43,293 nucleotides of DNA from an uncultured Candidatus Peribacteria bacterium (lineage in GTDB: Bacteria > Patescibacteriota > Gracilibacteria > BD1-5 > UBA6164). Below, piece by piece: positions 43,051-43,293 of this stretch (positions are counted from its first letter, which is position 1; each line of letters opens with the position of its first letter). The position numbers and the translations under genes were made by a program. The stretch lies in NCBI GenBank assembly GCA_964522625.1, contig CAZFWS010000001.1, positions 1-43,293 of the forward strand, written 5' to 3'. The notes under the pieces were generated by a model. The model ran no database searches. It was given only the letters and a program-made list of their open reading frames with translations, and was not told the DNA's origin.

Positions 43051-43293
43051 TTATTTTTTATTACTTTTTTTCTTAGGCATATTGAGAATATGTTCTTTTT
43101 TCTCTGGTATGAGATTCAAAACATCTCATACCCAAAGGTTATCTCATTTAATGCCATCTTCTGGATCAGCATCTTGTCAGAGTCGTGTTGCCATAGTACC
43201 AGGTTTTTGATAATCAACCACTGCATTTACAATACGAGCGATATCTTGATCATTATCAACATCATAGTGTTTTTTAACAATTCCCCAAAGTGT
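43051..43293 (-). CDS. hypothetical protein, C-terminal 80 codons (gene starts beyond the right edge)
   Basis: The open frame runs to TAA 43051-43053: ..TLWGIVKKHYDVDNDQDIARIVNAVVDYQKPGTMATRLGQDADPEDGIKGDNLWVGDVLNLIPEKKEHILNMPKKKSNKK. 3 TGA=Gly. Confidence 0.5.

Noticed and set aside
1-43293. The fragmented ORF track could mean a heavily pseudogenised or error-ridden sequence.
   Set aside because: The breaks are exclusively TGA and always in frame. They fall on conserved Gly positions, and a tRNA(UCA) with Gly identity is present. The re-joined genes have normal lengths and motif order.
1-43293. Mycoplasma-type code 4 (TGA=Trp).
   Set aside because: TGA aligns with invariant glycines: DnaJ CxxCxGxG, RecA LGGG, GGDEF and the prepilin -1 Gly. 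It does not align with tryptophans. The tRNA has a Gly-type acceptor stem and discriminator.
1-43293. A prophage, IS element or integrative element.
   Set aside because: No integrase, transposase, terminal inverted repeats or phage structural genes were recognised. The only insertion-like signature is the 40-bp direct-repeat cassette at 37172-37764.

Overview
This is an AT-rich, densely packed chromosomal segment from a bacterium that reads TGA as glycine (translation table 25, the Gracilibacteria/Absconditabacteria-type CPR/Patescibacteria code). The standard-code ORF track is therefore badly fragmented. Single genes such as dnaJ, recA, dnaN, murA, korA, pilC and priA appear as same-frame pieces separated only by TGA, and the TGA codons fall on invariant glycines. 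The cognate tRNA(UCA), with glycine identity elements, is encoded at 596-674. After re-joining ORFs across TGA (stops are TAA/TAG only) I call about 55 CDSs. They fall into these groups:
- Housekeeping: dnaJ, dnaN, recA, frr, rpmG, rpsU, rbfA, rsmI, murA, hup, yebC, ftsA, an ftsQ-like gene and korAB.
- A type IV pilus module: pilN-pilO-pilC plus four prepilin-type minor pilins.
- T4SS-flavoured genes: a VirD4/TraD-like ATPase and a T4SS-pilin-like protein.
- An 841-aa SLH/PKD surface protein with three 357-bp tandem coding repeats.
- A GGDEF cyclase.
- Several large orphan membrane proteins.

No rRNA, CRISPR array, transposase or integrase was seen. Besides the recoding, the oddities are:
- A YCII-like gene broken by an in-frame TAG.
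- A stand-alone C-terminal half of priA.
- A lipoprotein gene bracketed by exact 40-bp direct repeats that copy the murA 3' end, the spacer and the next start codon.
- A perfect 27-bp-arm palindrome.
- A GC-richer island of unknown function upstream of the GGDEF gene.

All coordinates and translations were derived by hand from the sequence. Family calls rest on motif recognition, not on database searches.
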